NCBI GenBank assembly: GCA_017937285.1
Contig: JAGBDU010000038.1
Coordinates: forward strand, 7,795-71,794
Reading direction: 5' to 3'
DNA: 64,000 nt
Source of the DNA: Clostridia bacterium
Lineage (GTDB): Bacteria; Bacillota; Clostridia; TANB77; CAG-508
The notes beneath the pieces were generated by a model. It had not been told where the DNA came from. It saw only the letters and a program-made list of their open reading frames with translations, and ran no database searches. Below, piece after piece: positions 1 through 9,083 of the stretch (position 1 is the stretch's first letter; each line of letters starts with the position of its first letter). Both the position numbers and the translations under genes were made by a program.

Positions 1-104
1 ATTGCAATATCTATATCTTGGATTTTGGTTATTCCAAGTTTCTTCTTTATTAAATTTTTTTCAATTCTGCTTAAATCTGAATATTTTTTCTTTGGTTTTG
101 CCAT
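1..104 (-). CDS. hypothetical protein, N-terminal part only (runs off the window edge)
   Basis: Minus-strand ATG at 104-102 preceded by AAGGAAG. Reads MAKPKKKYSDLSRIEKNLIKKKLGITKIQDIDIA and stays open to position 1. Confidence 0.4.
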   Translation of the reverse strand, partial: MAKPKKKYSDLSRIEKNLIKKKLGITKIQDIDIA

Positions 105-464
105 GATTATTACTTCCTTAATTTAAAATTGAAGAAAGTATATCATATATATGGTTTTTTCGTAAATATATTTCTTGCAATTAAGTAATCTCAATGTTTA
201 TATGATTTTGAAAACTTTTTTTATAATTTTATCCTTACACCTGCTTTTATCTATTGTAAAAAAATCTTTTATTTGGTATAATGTTCTCAACAAATAGTAA
301 TTTATCGCTGAGGTTGAATTTTAAAATTTAAATAAAAAAATTATAAATTTTTGAGGTGGGTATATAAAATATACTCATCTTTTATTATGTCAATTAAATA
401 TTGTATAATATAGGTAGAGTTCTATATATTGTAAATTATGGAAAAATGTAAGGAGGTAATTGTC

Positions 465-1460
465 ATGAGAGAATTATTTATTGAAAAAGTAATTGATTTG
501 GCAGGAGAATTTTTAGACAATAACCAAAGAATAAAATTAAAAGAGATACTTACAGAAATATGTTTAAATTATCACATTGAAATATTAGAACAAAACCGAA
601 AACAAGAAATACAAAAGAACAACGAAGAAATATTAAATAAATTTATATCATCAAAAGAAATTGAAGGCTGTTCACTTAGAACATTAAAATATTATAAAGA
701 TAATATAACTAAAATGCTAGATACTGTAAATCTTCCAATAAATGAAATTACAACAGAAACGTTAAGAAATTATTTATCAAATTATAAAAACAATTCAACT
801 GCTGGTATGGTTACAATTGATAATATAAGAAGAACATTATCAAGTTTCTTTGCTTGGTTGGAAAACGAAGACTATATAGTGAAAAGCCCAGTTAGAAGGA
901 TTCGCAAAGTAAAAGCAACCAAAAAAGTAAAAGAAACATTAACAGATGAAAATTTAGAAAAATTGAGAGATACTTGTTCAAATGTAAGAGATTTAGCAAT
1001 ATTAGAACTATTAATTTCAACTGGTATGAGAGTTGGAGAGCTAACTAGATTAAATATAGCAGATATGAATTTTCAAGAAAGAAGTTGTATTGTTTTAGGA
1101 AAAGGGAATAGTGAAAGAGAAGTTTATTTTAGTGCAAAGAGTAAAATGTATATAGAAAAATACTTAGAAACCAGAACAGATGACAATGAAGCATTATTTG
1201 TATCACTAATAAAACCTTATAACAGATTAGGAATATCAGGAATTGAAATTGCTATTAGAAATTTAGGAAGAGAAGCAAATATAAATAAAGTACATCCACA
1301 TAAATTTAGAAGGACAATGGCAACTATGGCTATAGATAAAGGTATGCCAGTCGAACAAGTTCAAAAATTATTAGGACATATAAAAATAGATACAACAATG
1401 GAATATGCTATGGTAAATCAAAATAATGTAAAAAATTCTCATAGAAAATACATAACATAG
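465..1460 (+). CDS. tyrosine site-specific recombinase (phage-integrase/Xer family)
   Basis: ORF 438-1460; AAGGAGG precedes the ATG at 465. Catalytic-domain motifs are present: LLISTGMRVGEL (Arg), HPHKFRRTMAT (H-x-x-R), LLGH and the terminal TTMEYA tyrosine. Confidence 0.85.
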   Translation: MRELFIEKVIDLAGEFLDNNQRIKLKEILTEICLNYHIEILEQNRKQEIQKNNEEILNKFISSKEIEGCSLRTLKYYKDNITKMLDTVNLPINEITTETLRNYLSNYKNNSTAGMVTIDNIRRTLSSFFAWLENEDYIVKSPVRRIRKVKATKKVKETLTDENLEKLRDTCSNVRDLAILELLISTGMRVGELTRLNIADMNFQERSCIVLGKGNSEREVYFSAKSKMYIEKYLETRTDDNEALFVSLIKPYNRLGISGIEIAIRNLGREANINKVHPHKFRRTMATMAIDKGMPVEQVQKLLGHIKIDTTMEYAMVNQNNVKNSHRKYIT

Positions 1461-1580
1461 TATGATTATTATAAAAATATTATGTAAATGTTGAATTTAA
1501 AAGAATTATATAGTATAATACAAATATGGAAGTTCTTTCCATGTAAGAAATGCATATCAATTAGAAAGGTGTCAGAAAGT

Positions 1581-1982
1581 ATGAAGGTATTAAGCTTAAT
1601 TGAACCATGGGCAACTCTTATCAAAGAGGGCAAAAAGGTCATCGAAACAAGAAGTTGGAAAACATCTTATAGAGGTGAACTTTATATCCATGCAAGTAGC
1701 AAAAAAATCAAAAGGAGTGATGAACACACAATTGAACTACTGAAGTTAATTCCTAATGTTCCTATGGGATATGGTAACATTATATGCAAATGCAAATTGG
1801 TAGATTGTGTATATATGGATCAGGAATTTTTGGACAGAATTCAGAAAGACAAGCAAGAATTCTTATGCGGAGAATATAGCTTAGGAAGATATGCTTGGAT
1901 TTTGGAAGATGTAGAAGTTCTTGATGAACCAATTCCTGCAAAAGGACATTTGAACATTTGGAATTATGATGCTGACGAATAA
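1581..1982 (+). CDS. ASCH (PUA-like) domain protein
   Basis: Internal ATG at 1581 after GAAAGG. MKVLSLIEPWATLIKEGKKVIETRSWKTSYRGELYIHAS ... GRYAWILEDVEVLDEPIPAKGHLNIWNY matches the ASCH family pattern. G+C is visibly higher than in the flanks. Confidence 0.7.
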   Translation: MKVLSLIEPWATLIKEGKKVIETRSWKTSYRGELYIHASSKKIKRSDEHTIELLKLIPNVPMGYGNIICKCKLVDCVYMDQEFLDRIQKDKQEFLCGEYSLGRYAWILEDVEVLDEPIPAKGHLNIWNYDADE

Positions 1983-2000
1983 CAGAAAGGAGCATGCAAG

Positions 2001-2519
2001 ATGAAAATCATACAGCTGAAAGAAACTGAAAGAATTCAAGAGGGATTGCGGAGTTTGACTGAAGAATTTATAGGAGAGTATCCATATTACTCAACATGGA
2101 TTCAGAAGAACGAAGCAACATTCAAAGATGGAACAAGAGTTATTTATGAACTCAACGACGATGGAGAAACAGTAGGATACATGATGATTCATTTTTCAAC
2201 GGCTAAATGTGCCAAGATTAATGGAATCTATGTGTTTCCCAATTGTCAGAAAAGAGGATATGCTAAGGAAGCTTTGTTGCAAGTTCTGGAAGAACTTAAA
2301 GCACAGAAATATGACTATGCATATATCCAAACCCGTATTCACAACAAGATTGTGGTTCATATGTTTGAGTCACTGCATTTTGATGTGATTGGTCAGAATT
2401 ATCACAACATAGAGAAACAGAGTAACTGGGTTGCTGTGTATGATCTGTGGCATAGAAGAAATTTTGATGAGATGCTTGATTTAGCAGAACAACTCTATCC
2501 TGGCTTTTCTAAGAACTGA
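2001..2519 (+). CDS. GNAT family N-acetyltransferase
   Basis: 172 aa; acetyl-CoA binding motif region INGIYVFPNCQKRGYAKEALLQVLEEL; AGGAG RBS upstream. Confidence 0.8.
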   Translation: MKIIQLKETERIQEGLRSLTEEFIGEYPYYSTWIQKNEATFKDGTRVIYELNDDGETVGYMMIHFSTAKCAKINGIYVFPNCQKRGYAKEALLQVLEELKAQKYDYAYIQTRIHNKIVVHMFESLHFDVIGQNYHNIEKQSNWVAVYDLWHRRNFDEMLDLAEQLYPGFSKN

Positions 2520-2529
2520 TATGTAATGA

Positions 2530-2560
2530 GGCAAGGTGTCAAATGACATCTTGCCTTTTT
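2530..2560 (+). terminator. rho-independent terminator
   Basis: GGCAAGGTGTC-aaat-GACATCTTGCC hairpin followed by TTTTT. Confidence 0.75.
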
Positions 2561-2604
2561 CAAAATTTAGAATTATAATATAAACGAAAAAGGGGGAAGA
2601 TAAT

Positions 2605-3390
2605 ATGTCATATTTTGATACTCATGCTCACTATGATTGGAAAGAATTTGATAAAGATAGAGAAGAATTATTTGATAAATTTAAGGAAACACTTTGTGGA
2701 CTTGTAAATATAGGTATAAATATAGAATCAGCTAACAAAGTTATAGAATATGCCAATAAATATTCATATATGTATTATTCATTAGGAATACATCCTATGG
2801 AAGTAGAAAAAGAAATTTCAGTGAATTTAATTGAACAAATAGTAAAAAACGAATTAAAAAATAAGGAGTCAAAGTTAGTTGCAATTGGAGAAACTGGTTT
2901 GGATTATCATTTTAATTATCCTATAGAATTGCAGAAGAAGTATTTTATTGAACAAATAAAATTAGCTAATAAATATGATTTACCAATAATTATACATTCG
3001 AGAGAATCACACGAAGATGTAGAAAAAATATTAAAAGAATATAGAGTTAAAAAAACAGGGATAATGCATTGCTATTCTGGAACACCAGAAATGTCAAAGA
3101 AGTTTATCGATATGGGTTATTATTTAGGAATAGGAGGACCTGTGACAAGATATAAAGATATACAAGAAACAGTTAAAATAACCCCTATTGATAAAATTGT
3201 TATAGAAACAGATAGTCCAGTTTTGCCACCTGAACCATTCGAAAAACATTCAAGAAACAATTCACTATACTTAAATTATATTGTCAAAAAAATATCAGAA
3301 ATAAAAGGTCTATTAGAAGAGGATGTTATAAAATATACAACTCAAAATGCATATAGAGTATATGGAATAAAGGATTATTTTGATAAATAA
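2605..3390 (+). CDS. tatD: TatD family metal-dependent DNase/hydrolase
   Basis: 261 aa; N-terminal FDTHAHYD, GETGLDYH, IIHSRES and IETDSP motifs typical of TatD; GGGGGA RBS. Confidence 0.9.
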   Translation: MSYFDTHAHYDWKEFDKDREELFDKFKETLCGLVNIGINIESANKVIEYANKYSYMYYSLGIHPMEVEKEISVNLIEQIVKNELKNKESKLVAIGETGLDYHFNYPIELQKKYFIEQIKLANKYDLPIIIHSRESHEDVEKILKEYRVKKTGIMHCYSGTPEMSKKFIDMGYYLGIGGPVTRYKDIQETVKITPIDKIVIETDSPVLPPEPFEKHSRNNSLYLNYIVKKISEIKGLLEEDVIKYTTQNAYRVYGIKDYFDK

Positions 3391-3473
3391 TCTAAGAGAC
3401 AAATTACAATTTTATACTATGATAAAAAGTATCATAAAAAAGCATGAGGCACTTGGTTTCAAGTGTCTTAAAT

Positions 3474-3495
3474 AATCTTACAAAAATGTAAGATT
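3474..3495 (+). promoter_or_regulatory. BceR-type response-regulator operator (inverted repeat AATCTTACA-N4-TGTAAGATT)
   Basis: Perfect 9+4+9 palindrome, with TATAAT at 3515-3520, upstream of the regulator gene. The same box recurs at 5243 and 5807. Confidence 0.6.
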
Positions 3496-3539
3496 ATTTC
3501 TATAAAAAATATGTTATAATGTTTCTGGAGGTTATCAAA

Positions 3540-4220
3540 ATGCAAAAAGTATTGATAGTAGAAGATGATGAAAAATTAAGAAATGAGTTAGAAATATTTT
3601 TAAATAATAATGGTTATCAAGCAGAATCTTTAAAAACATTTGATAATACTATAAATGATATTTTAGAAATAAATTCTAATCTTATCTTATTAGATATAAA
3701 CTTACCAAGTGCTGATGGAGAATATATTTGTAAAGAAATTAGAAAACAATCTGATATGGGTATAATTATTGTAACAAGCAGAGATAACGAATTAGATGAG
3801 TTACTTTCCATTAATTATGGAGCAGATCATTACATTACAAAACCATTTAATATACAAATATTACTTGCTAAAATAAATTCATTATTAAGAAGAACCAATA
3901 GTAATAATGAAGCAAAAGAAAAAATAAATGCGAAAGATTTTATTTTAAACATATCTAATAGCACAATAGAAAAGAATGACAAAATTATTGAATTAACTAA
4001 AAATGAATATAAAATTTTAAAATATCTAATTGAAAACAGAGGTAAAATTGTATCAAGAGAAGATATAATGGATTCTTTATGGGAAAGCGAGAGTTTTATT
4101 GATGACAACACTCTTAGTGTAAATGTTACCAGATTAAGAAATAAACTAGAAGAATTAGATCTAAAAGAACTAATAGAAACAAAAAGAGGACAAGGATATA
4201 TATTAAAGGGAGAGAATTGA
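3540..4220 (+). CDS. OmpR-family response regulator (BceR-like)
   Basis: GGAGG then ATG at 3540. Receiver domain MQKVLIVEDDEKL ... LLDINLP ... TKPF, plus a winged-helix C-terminus (LTKNEYKILKYL, VNVTRLRNKLE, RGQGY). Confidence 0.9.
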   Translation: MQKVLIVEDDEKLRNELEIFLNNNGYQAESLKTFDNTINDILEINSNLILLDINLPSADGEYICKEIRKQSDMGIIIVTSRDNELDELLSINYGADHYITKPFNIQILLAKINSLLRRTNSNNEAKEKINAKDFILNISNSTIEKNDKIIELTKNEYKILKYLIENRGKIVSREDIMDSLWESESFIDDNTLSVNVTRLRNKLEELDLKELIETKRGQGYILKGEN

Positions 4221-4221
4221 T

Positions 4222-5241
4222 ATGAACTTAAAAAGTTTTATAAAAGATAAAATACTTTTAACAGTTTTACTATTATTTGGAATTATTACAATAGAGATAT
4301 TTTTAATCCCTTATCCATTTGGAAATTTTATAAAATTATATATCCCAATAGTAATTTTGAGTTTATATGTAATAGGGGTTATTATTGAATATTGTACTAA
4401 AAGAAGTTTCTATGAAAATCTATCGAATACTCTAAATGAGTTAAGTGAAAAATATCTAATTACAGAAATTATAAATTCGCCTAGTTTTATAGAAGGCAAA
4501 ATATTAAAAAGTTTACTAGAAGAAATAGATAGATCAATGATTGAAAATGTAAACAAGTATAAATATATGCAAGAAGATTATAAAGATTATATAGAACTAT
4601 GGATTCATGAAATAAAAATACCAATAGCAGCAAGCAAAATGGTAGTAGAAAACAATAAAAATGAAGTTACCAAAAGTATAGATGAAGAATTAGATAAAGT
4701 AGAAGATTATATTGAACAAGCTCTATTTTATGCAAGAAGTAACACAGTAGAAAAAGATTATTACATAAGGAAAGTAAAATTAAAAGATATTGTAAATGAA
4801 AGTATTAAGAAAAATAAAGCAGTATTAATCCAAGAAAAAATAACAATAAATATTCATGATGTAGATTTGGAAGTAAGTACAGATAATAAGTGGATTGTAT
4901 TTATCTTAAATCAAATTATACAAAATAGTAGAAAATATAGAAAACAAAATGAAAATTTAGAAATAGAAATATATGCAAAACAAGGAATAGAGAATGTTAT
5001 TTTATATGTAAAAGATAATGGAATAGGAATAAAAAAAGGAGAAATTACAAGAGTATTTGAAAAAGGATTCACAGGAACAAATGGAAGATTATCAAATAAA
5101 AAATCTACAGGCATTGGATTATATTTATGTAAGAAATTATGTGATAAATTAGGAATAGCAATAGAACTAAATTCTATTCAAGAAGAAGGTACAGAAATAC
5201 GATTAGTATTTCCGAAAAGTAGTTATATTGATATGCAATAG
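4222..5241 (+). CDS. intramembrane-sensing histidine kinase (BceS-like)
   Basis: Two N-terminal TM helices with almost no extracellular loop. H-box ELWIHEIKIPIAA; N/G boxes QIIQNSRKY, DNGIGI, GTGIGLYL. Starts 1 nt after the regulator stop. Confidence 0.9.
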   Translation: MNLKSFIKDKILLTVLLLFGIITIEIFLIPYPFGNFIKLYIPIVILSLYVIGVIIEYCTKRSFYENLSNTLNELSEKYLITEIINSPSFIEGKILKSLLEEIDRSMIENVNKYKYMQEDYKDYIELWIHEIKIPIAASKMVVENNKNEVTKSIDEELDKVEDYIEQALFYARSNTVEKDYYIRKVKLKDIVNESIKKNKAVLIQEKITINIHDVDLEVSTDNKWIVFILNQIIQNSRKYRKQNENLEIEIYAKQGIENVILYVKDNGIGIKKGEITRVFEKGFTGTNGRLSNKKSTGIGLYLCKKLCDKLGIAIELNSIQEEGTEIRLVFPKSSYIDMQ

Positions 5242-5242
5242 A

Positions 5243-5272
5243 AATCTTACAAAATTGTAAGATTAGTGTAAG
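5243..5272 (+). promoter_or_regulatory. BceR-type operator plus a third direct TGTAAG half-site
   Basis: AATCTTACA-aaat-TGTAAGATT, then TGTAAG again 11 nt further on (5267-5272). It is followed by a 25-nt block identical to 5831-5855 and by TATAAT at 5305-5310. Confidence 0.6.
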
Positions 5273-5332
5273 GAAAATCAATAGGAAATATTTAAAAAGT
5301 GAATTATAATATAGATGAAGTGGAGGTATTAT

Positions 5333-5758
5333 ATGGAAAAACAAAGAAAATTTTTTATTATATTAGTTATAATATTATTTTTATTAATGATTGTAGGTAT
5401 TTTTTATCATTTTATGAATAAGAGGACTTATAAACTTAACTTGCCACAACTAGATAACTTGAAAAGTATTTCATTAGAGCAAAATGCAAATGGAAAAGTG
5501 ATTAGTGATAATGGAGAAATGAAAGATATTATAAGTAGTTTAAATGGAAAAGAAAGAGCCACAAAAGAAGAAAGCATACAAGATCATCCTGTTAATACTA
5601 CGAATGAAGTGAAAGTCGATTTTAATTTCAAAGAAACTGGTGCATCTACTCTATTTATATATGAAAAAAACAATAAATATTATATAGAACAACCTTATAA
5701 TGGTATTTATAGAATTTCAGAAGATGAGTACAATTCAATAGAAAAATATATAAAGTAA
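5333..5758 (+). CDS. small membrane-anchored protein of unknown function
   Basis: GGAGG RBS then ATG at 5333. N-terminal TM helix FFIILVIILFLLMIVGIFY followed by a soluble domain. Has its own Bce-type promoter and a terminator hairpin at about 5774-5806. Confidence 0.6.
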   Translation: MEKQRKFFIILVIILFLLMIVGIFYHFMNKRTYKLNLPQLDNLKSISLEQNANGKVISDNGEMKDIISSLNGKERATKEESIQDHPVNTTNEVKVDFNFKETGASTLFIYEKNNKYYIEQPYNGIYRISEDEYNSIEKYIK

Positions 5759-5806
5759 ATTAGCCAAAAACCTAAGATTATCAAAGTAAAATTGGTAATC
5801 TTTTTT

Positions 5807-5836
5807 TATCTTACAAAAATGTAAGGTTAATGTAAG
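5807..5836 (+). promoter_or_regulatory. BceR-type operator plus a third direct half-site, upstream of the ABC transporter
   Basis: ATCTTACA-aaaa-TGTAAGGT with TGTAAG repeated at 5831-5836, and TATAAT at 5859-5864. Confidence 0.6.
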
Positions 5837-5901
5837 GAAAATCAATAGGAAATATAACAAGATGCAAGTATAATAGAGTTAAATCGAAAGGAGTTTTTAT
5901 T

Positions 5902-6669
5902 ATGGAGAAAGTATTAGAGGTAAAAAACATAGAGAAATACTATGGAAACAAATCAAATCTAACAAAAGCAATAGATAATATTAGCTTTAATGTTGAAAAA
6001 GGAGAATTTGTTGGAATTATGGGAGCAAGTGGATCTGGTAAAAGTACACTTTTAAATGTGATTTCAACAATAGACAGAGTAACTGCTGGTCATATTATTG
6101 TTAATGGCGAAGATATTACGAAACTAAAAGGAAACAAATTAAATAAGTTTAGGAGAGAAGAACTAGGATTTATTTTTCAAGATTTTAACTTATTAGACAC
6201 ATTAACAGCCTATGAAAATATTGCTTTAGCTTTAACAATTCAAAAAGTAAATGCCAGAGAAATTGATAAAAGAGTTAATGAAATAGCTGAAAAGCTAGAA
6301 ATTAAAGATATTTTAAAGAAATATCCATATCAAGTATCTGGAGGACAAAAACAAAGAATTGCATCAGCAAGAGCAATTATTACAAATCCAAAACTTGTAT
6401 TAGCAGATGAGCCTACTGGAGCATTAGATTCAAAATCAGCTAGACAATTACTAGAAAATTTTGAATTTTTAAATCAAAAAATGAGTGCAACTATTCTAAT
6501 GGTTACACATGATGCTTTTACAGCTTCTTATGCAAATAGAATTTTATTTATTAAAGATGGAAAAATCTTTAATGAGATAATTAAAGGAAATGATACAAGA
6601 AAACAATTCTTTGAAAAAATAATAGAGGTGCAAACACTTCTTGGAGGTGATTTAAGCGATGTTATTTAA
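5902..6669 (+). CDS. ABC transporter ATP-binding protein (BceA-like)
   Basis: Walker A GASGSGKST, signature SGGQKQR, Walker B LVLADEPT. Confidence 0.9.
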   Translation: MEKVLEVKNIEKYYGNKSNLTKAIDNISFNVEKGEFVGIMGASGSGKSTLLNVISTIDRVTAGHIIVNGEDITKLKGNKLNKFRREELGFIFQDFNLLDTLTAYENIALALTIQKVNAREIDKRVNEIAEKLEIKDILKKYPYQVSGGQKQRIASARAIITNPKLVLADEPTGALDSKSARQLLENFEFLNQKMSATILMVTHDAFTASYANRILFIKDGKIFNEIIKGNDTRKQFFEKIIEVQTLLGGDLSDVI

Positions 6670-8761
6670 GTTATCTTTCAATAATATGAAAAAAAGTATA
6701 AAAGACTATGCAATATATTTCCTGACATTAGTATTAGGTGTAGCAATCTTCTATATGTTTAATTCAATAGATAGCCAACAAGCTATGTTACAAGTATCTG
6801 CATCACAAAGAAGTATTATAAAATTAATGATAACAATGCTTAGTTTTGTATCAGTATTTGTAGCAGTTGTATTAGGGTTATTGATTGTATATGCAAATAA
6901 TTTCTTAATTAACCGAAGAAAAAAAGAGTTTGGAATTTATATGACACTTGGAATGGGCAAAAGGCAAATATCAAAAATAATATTAATGGAAACAATATTT
7001 GTTGGAGTAATTTCACTTGTAATTGGATTAGTTGTTGGTGTATTTGCATCACAATTCATGTCAATATTAGTAGCAAAAATGTTTGAGGCAGATATGAGTG
7101 AATTTCAATTTGTATTTTCAAAAGACGCTTGTATTAAAACTTGCATTTATTTTGCAGTAATGTATGTTGCTGTAATGTTTTTCAATACATTTACAGTTTC
7201 AAGATATAAATTAATAAATTTATTAAATGCTACAAAGAAAAATGAAAAAGTAAAAATTAAGAATCCTATTTTGTGTATATTAGTATTTTTATTTGCTGCC
7301 ATAATGCTTGGATATGCTTATTGGAAAGTAACAGCAGATGCACATAGTTTAGATACAGCAGAAAAATTGTTGCCTCCTATTTTAATGGGAATCATTAGTA
7401 CAGTATTAGTTTTTTGGTCTTTATCAGGATTTATAATACAAGTAGTTCAAAAAATGAAAAATATATACTTAAAAGATACTAATATGTTTGTACTAAGACA
7501 AATCAATAATAAGATTAATACAATGGTAGCAAGTATGAGTGTTATTTGCTTAATGTTATTTATGACAATATCAATACTTTCTTCAAGTCTAGCATTAAGA
7601 AATACAATGCAAAGAGAAGTAGCCGAGATGACACCAGTAGATTTGAATCTATATAAAACAGTCTTCTTGCCAGAAGGTCATATAGAAAATGGGAAAGAAG
7701 TAAAACCAACAAAAGAACAAAGGGAAGATTCTAAAAATCCGATAGTAGAAACATTAAAAAACAATGGCTTAGACATGAATGTATTAAAAGATATAATAGA
7801 AATACCTATATATGCTTGCAATGATTTAACTTGGCATGATAGTTTTGGCACTTATTTTGAAGAAGTAAATAAACAATATTCAATGCTTCTATACGATACA
7901 CCAGAAGAGATTATAAAAGTATCAGACTATAATAAAATAGCAAAATTATATGGATTAGAGCAATATGAACTAAAAGAAGATGAATATATAGTTATTTGTA
8001 ATTTTGATAATATGAAAAATATGAGAAATGAAGCTATAAAAGCAGGAAATATAACAATACATATAAAAGAAAATGAGTATCATTTAAAATATAATGAATG
8101 TAAAAATGGATATATACTAATGTCAACAAGTCGTACAAATACAGGTATAATATTAGTTCCAGATAATTGCCCTTTGACAGATGATATGCAAGAAAGATAT
8201 TTATTAGTTGCAAATTATAATGCAAATACAGATGAAGAAAAAGAGAAAATAGAAGCAATATTTTCAGTAGGAAGCTTCGGAGAAAAATCAGATCTTATTA
8301 AAAACTTAGATAAAAACGGAATTGAACTAGATGGATTAACTAAAATTTCTATAAGAGAATCAAGCAATGGTTTAGCAACAATAGTTACATTTATAGCGAT
8401 TTATTTAGGTATAATATTCCTAATTGCAAGTTCAGCAATATTAGCACTAAAGCAATTAACGGAAAGCTCCGACAATAAACAAAGATATACTATTCTAAGA
8501 AAAATTGGTTGTGATGAAAAAATGATAAATAAAGCACTATTTAGGCAAATTGGAATATTCTTTGGAGTTCCACTTATTTTAGCAATTATACACTCTATAT
8601 TTGGAATACAATTTGCAATAGAAATGATGTCTGGCTTAGCAAGTAAAGATGATTTATTACCATCTGCAATTGCAACAGTAGTTATTATAGGTGTAATATA
8701 TGGAGCATATTTCTTGGCTACTTATTATGGTAGCAAAAATATAATCAAGGAGGAACAATAA
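6659..8761 (+). CDS. FtsX-domain ABC permease with a large extracellular domain (BceB-like)
   Basis: 700 aa with about 10 TM segments and a roughly 200-aa loop between TM7 and TM8. Overlaps the ATPase gene by 11 nt. Confidence 0.9.
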   Translation: MLFKLSFNNMKKSIKDYAIYFLTLVLGVAIFYMFNSIDSQQAMLQVSASQRSIIKLMITMLSFVSVFVAVVLGLLIVYANNFLINRRKKEFGIYMTLGMGKRQISKIILMETIFVGVISLVIGLVVGVFASQFMSILVAKMFEADMSEFQFVFSKDACIKTCIYFAVMYVAVMFFNTFTVSRYKLINLLNATKKNEKVKIKNPILCILVFLFAAIMLGYAYWKVTADAHSLDTAEKLLPPILMGIISTVLVFWSLSGFIIQVVQKMKNIYLKDTNMFVLRQINNKINTMVASMSVICLMLFMTISILSSSLALRNTMQREVAEMTPVDLNLYKTVFLPEGHIENGKEVKPTKEQREDSKNPIVETLKNNGLDMNVLKDIIEIPIYACNDLTWHDSFGTYFEEVNKQYSMLLYDTPEEIIKVSDYNKIAKLYGLEQYELKEDEYIVICNFDNMKNMRNEAIKAGNITIHIKENEYHLKYNECKNGYILMSTSRTNTGIILVPDNCPLTDDMQERYLLVANYNANTDEEKEKIEAIFSVGSFGEKSDLIKNLDKNGIELDGLTKISIRESSNGLATIVTFIAIYLGIIFLIASSAILALKQLTESSDNKQRYTILRKIGCDEKMINKALFRQIGIFFGVPLILAIIHSIFGIQFAIEMMSGLASKDDLLPSAIATVVIIGVIYGAYFLATYYGSKNIIKEEQ

Positions 8762-8762
8762 A

Positions 8763-9083
8763 ATGGAGAACATAAAAGAAAAAATGCCTATGATTATCGC
8801 AGTTATAGTAGCGATAGCAATTTGTGGAATAGCATTCTTTATTATGGAAAATTATGAAACAGTTTATTATACTCAAATAGATAATACTAAAATTCAAAGT
8901 ATATCTGCAACAGATGATATGAAATATGAATATACTTTAGATTCTTATAATGAAAATGGAAAGAAAAGAATGAATAAAAGTAGCAAAAGAGGTGGTAAAG
9001 ATGAAGAAGTTTCTAAAAATAGTATTTTTGTTAATATTGATAATAACAAGCATAGCATTGCTATTTGTTGGAAATGGTTATAA
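8763..9083 (+). CDS. YxeA/DUF1093-like small protein, C-terminal half atypical (possibly truncated)
   Basis: Signal-anchor followed by YYTQIDN...KYEYTLDSYNENGKK, which resembles YxeA proteins encoded after Bce-like transporters. The last ~30 codons overlap the next gene in another frame. Confidence 0.45.
   Translation: MENIKEKMPMIIAVIVAIAICGIAFFIMENYETVYYTQIDNTKIQSISATDDMKYEYTLDSYNENGKKRMNKSSKRGGKDEEVSKNSIFVNIDNNKHSIAICWKWL

Noticed and set aside
3617-4111. Antisense ORFs inside long genes. Examples are 3617-3811, 3830-4111, 4911-5114, 8034-8258, 19190-19492, 23804-24133, 27680-27919, 29000-29341, 33335-33751, 35032-35727, 42067-42417 and 48470-48880.
   Set aside because: These are shadow frames opposite strongly supported CDSs in AT-rich DNA. 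They have no RBS, low-complexity Leu/Phe/Ile/Ser-rich products and no recognisable motifs.
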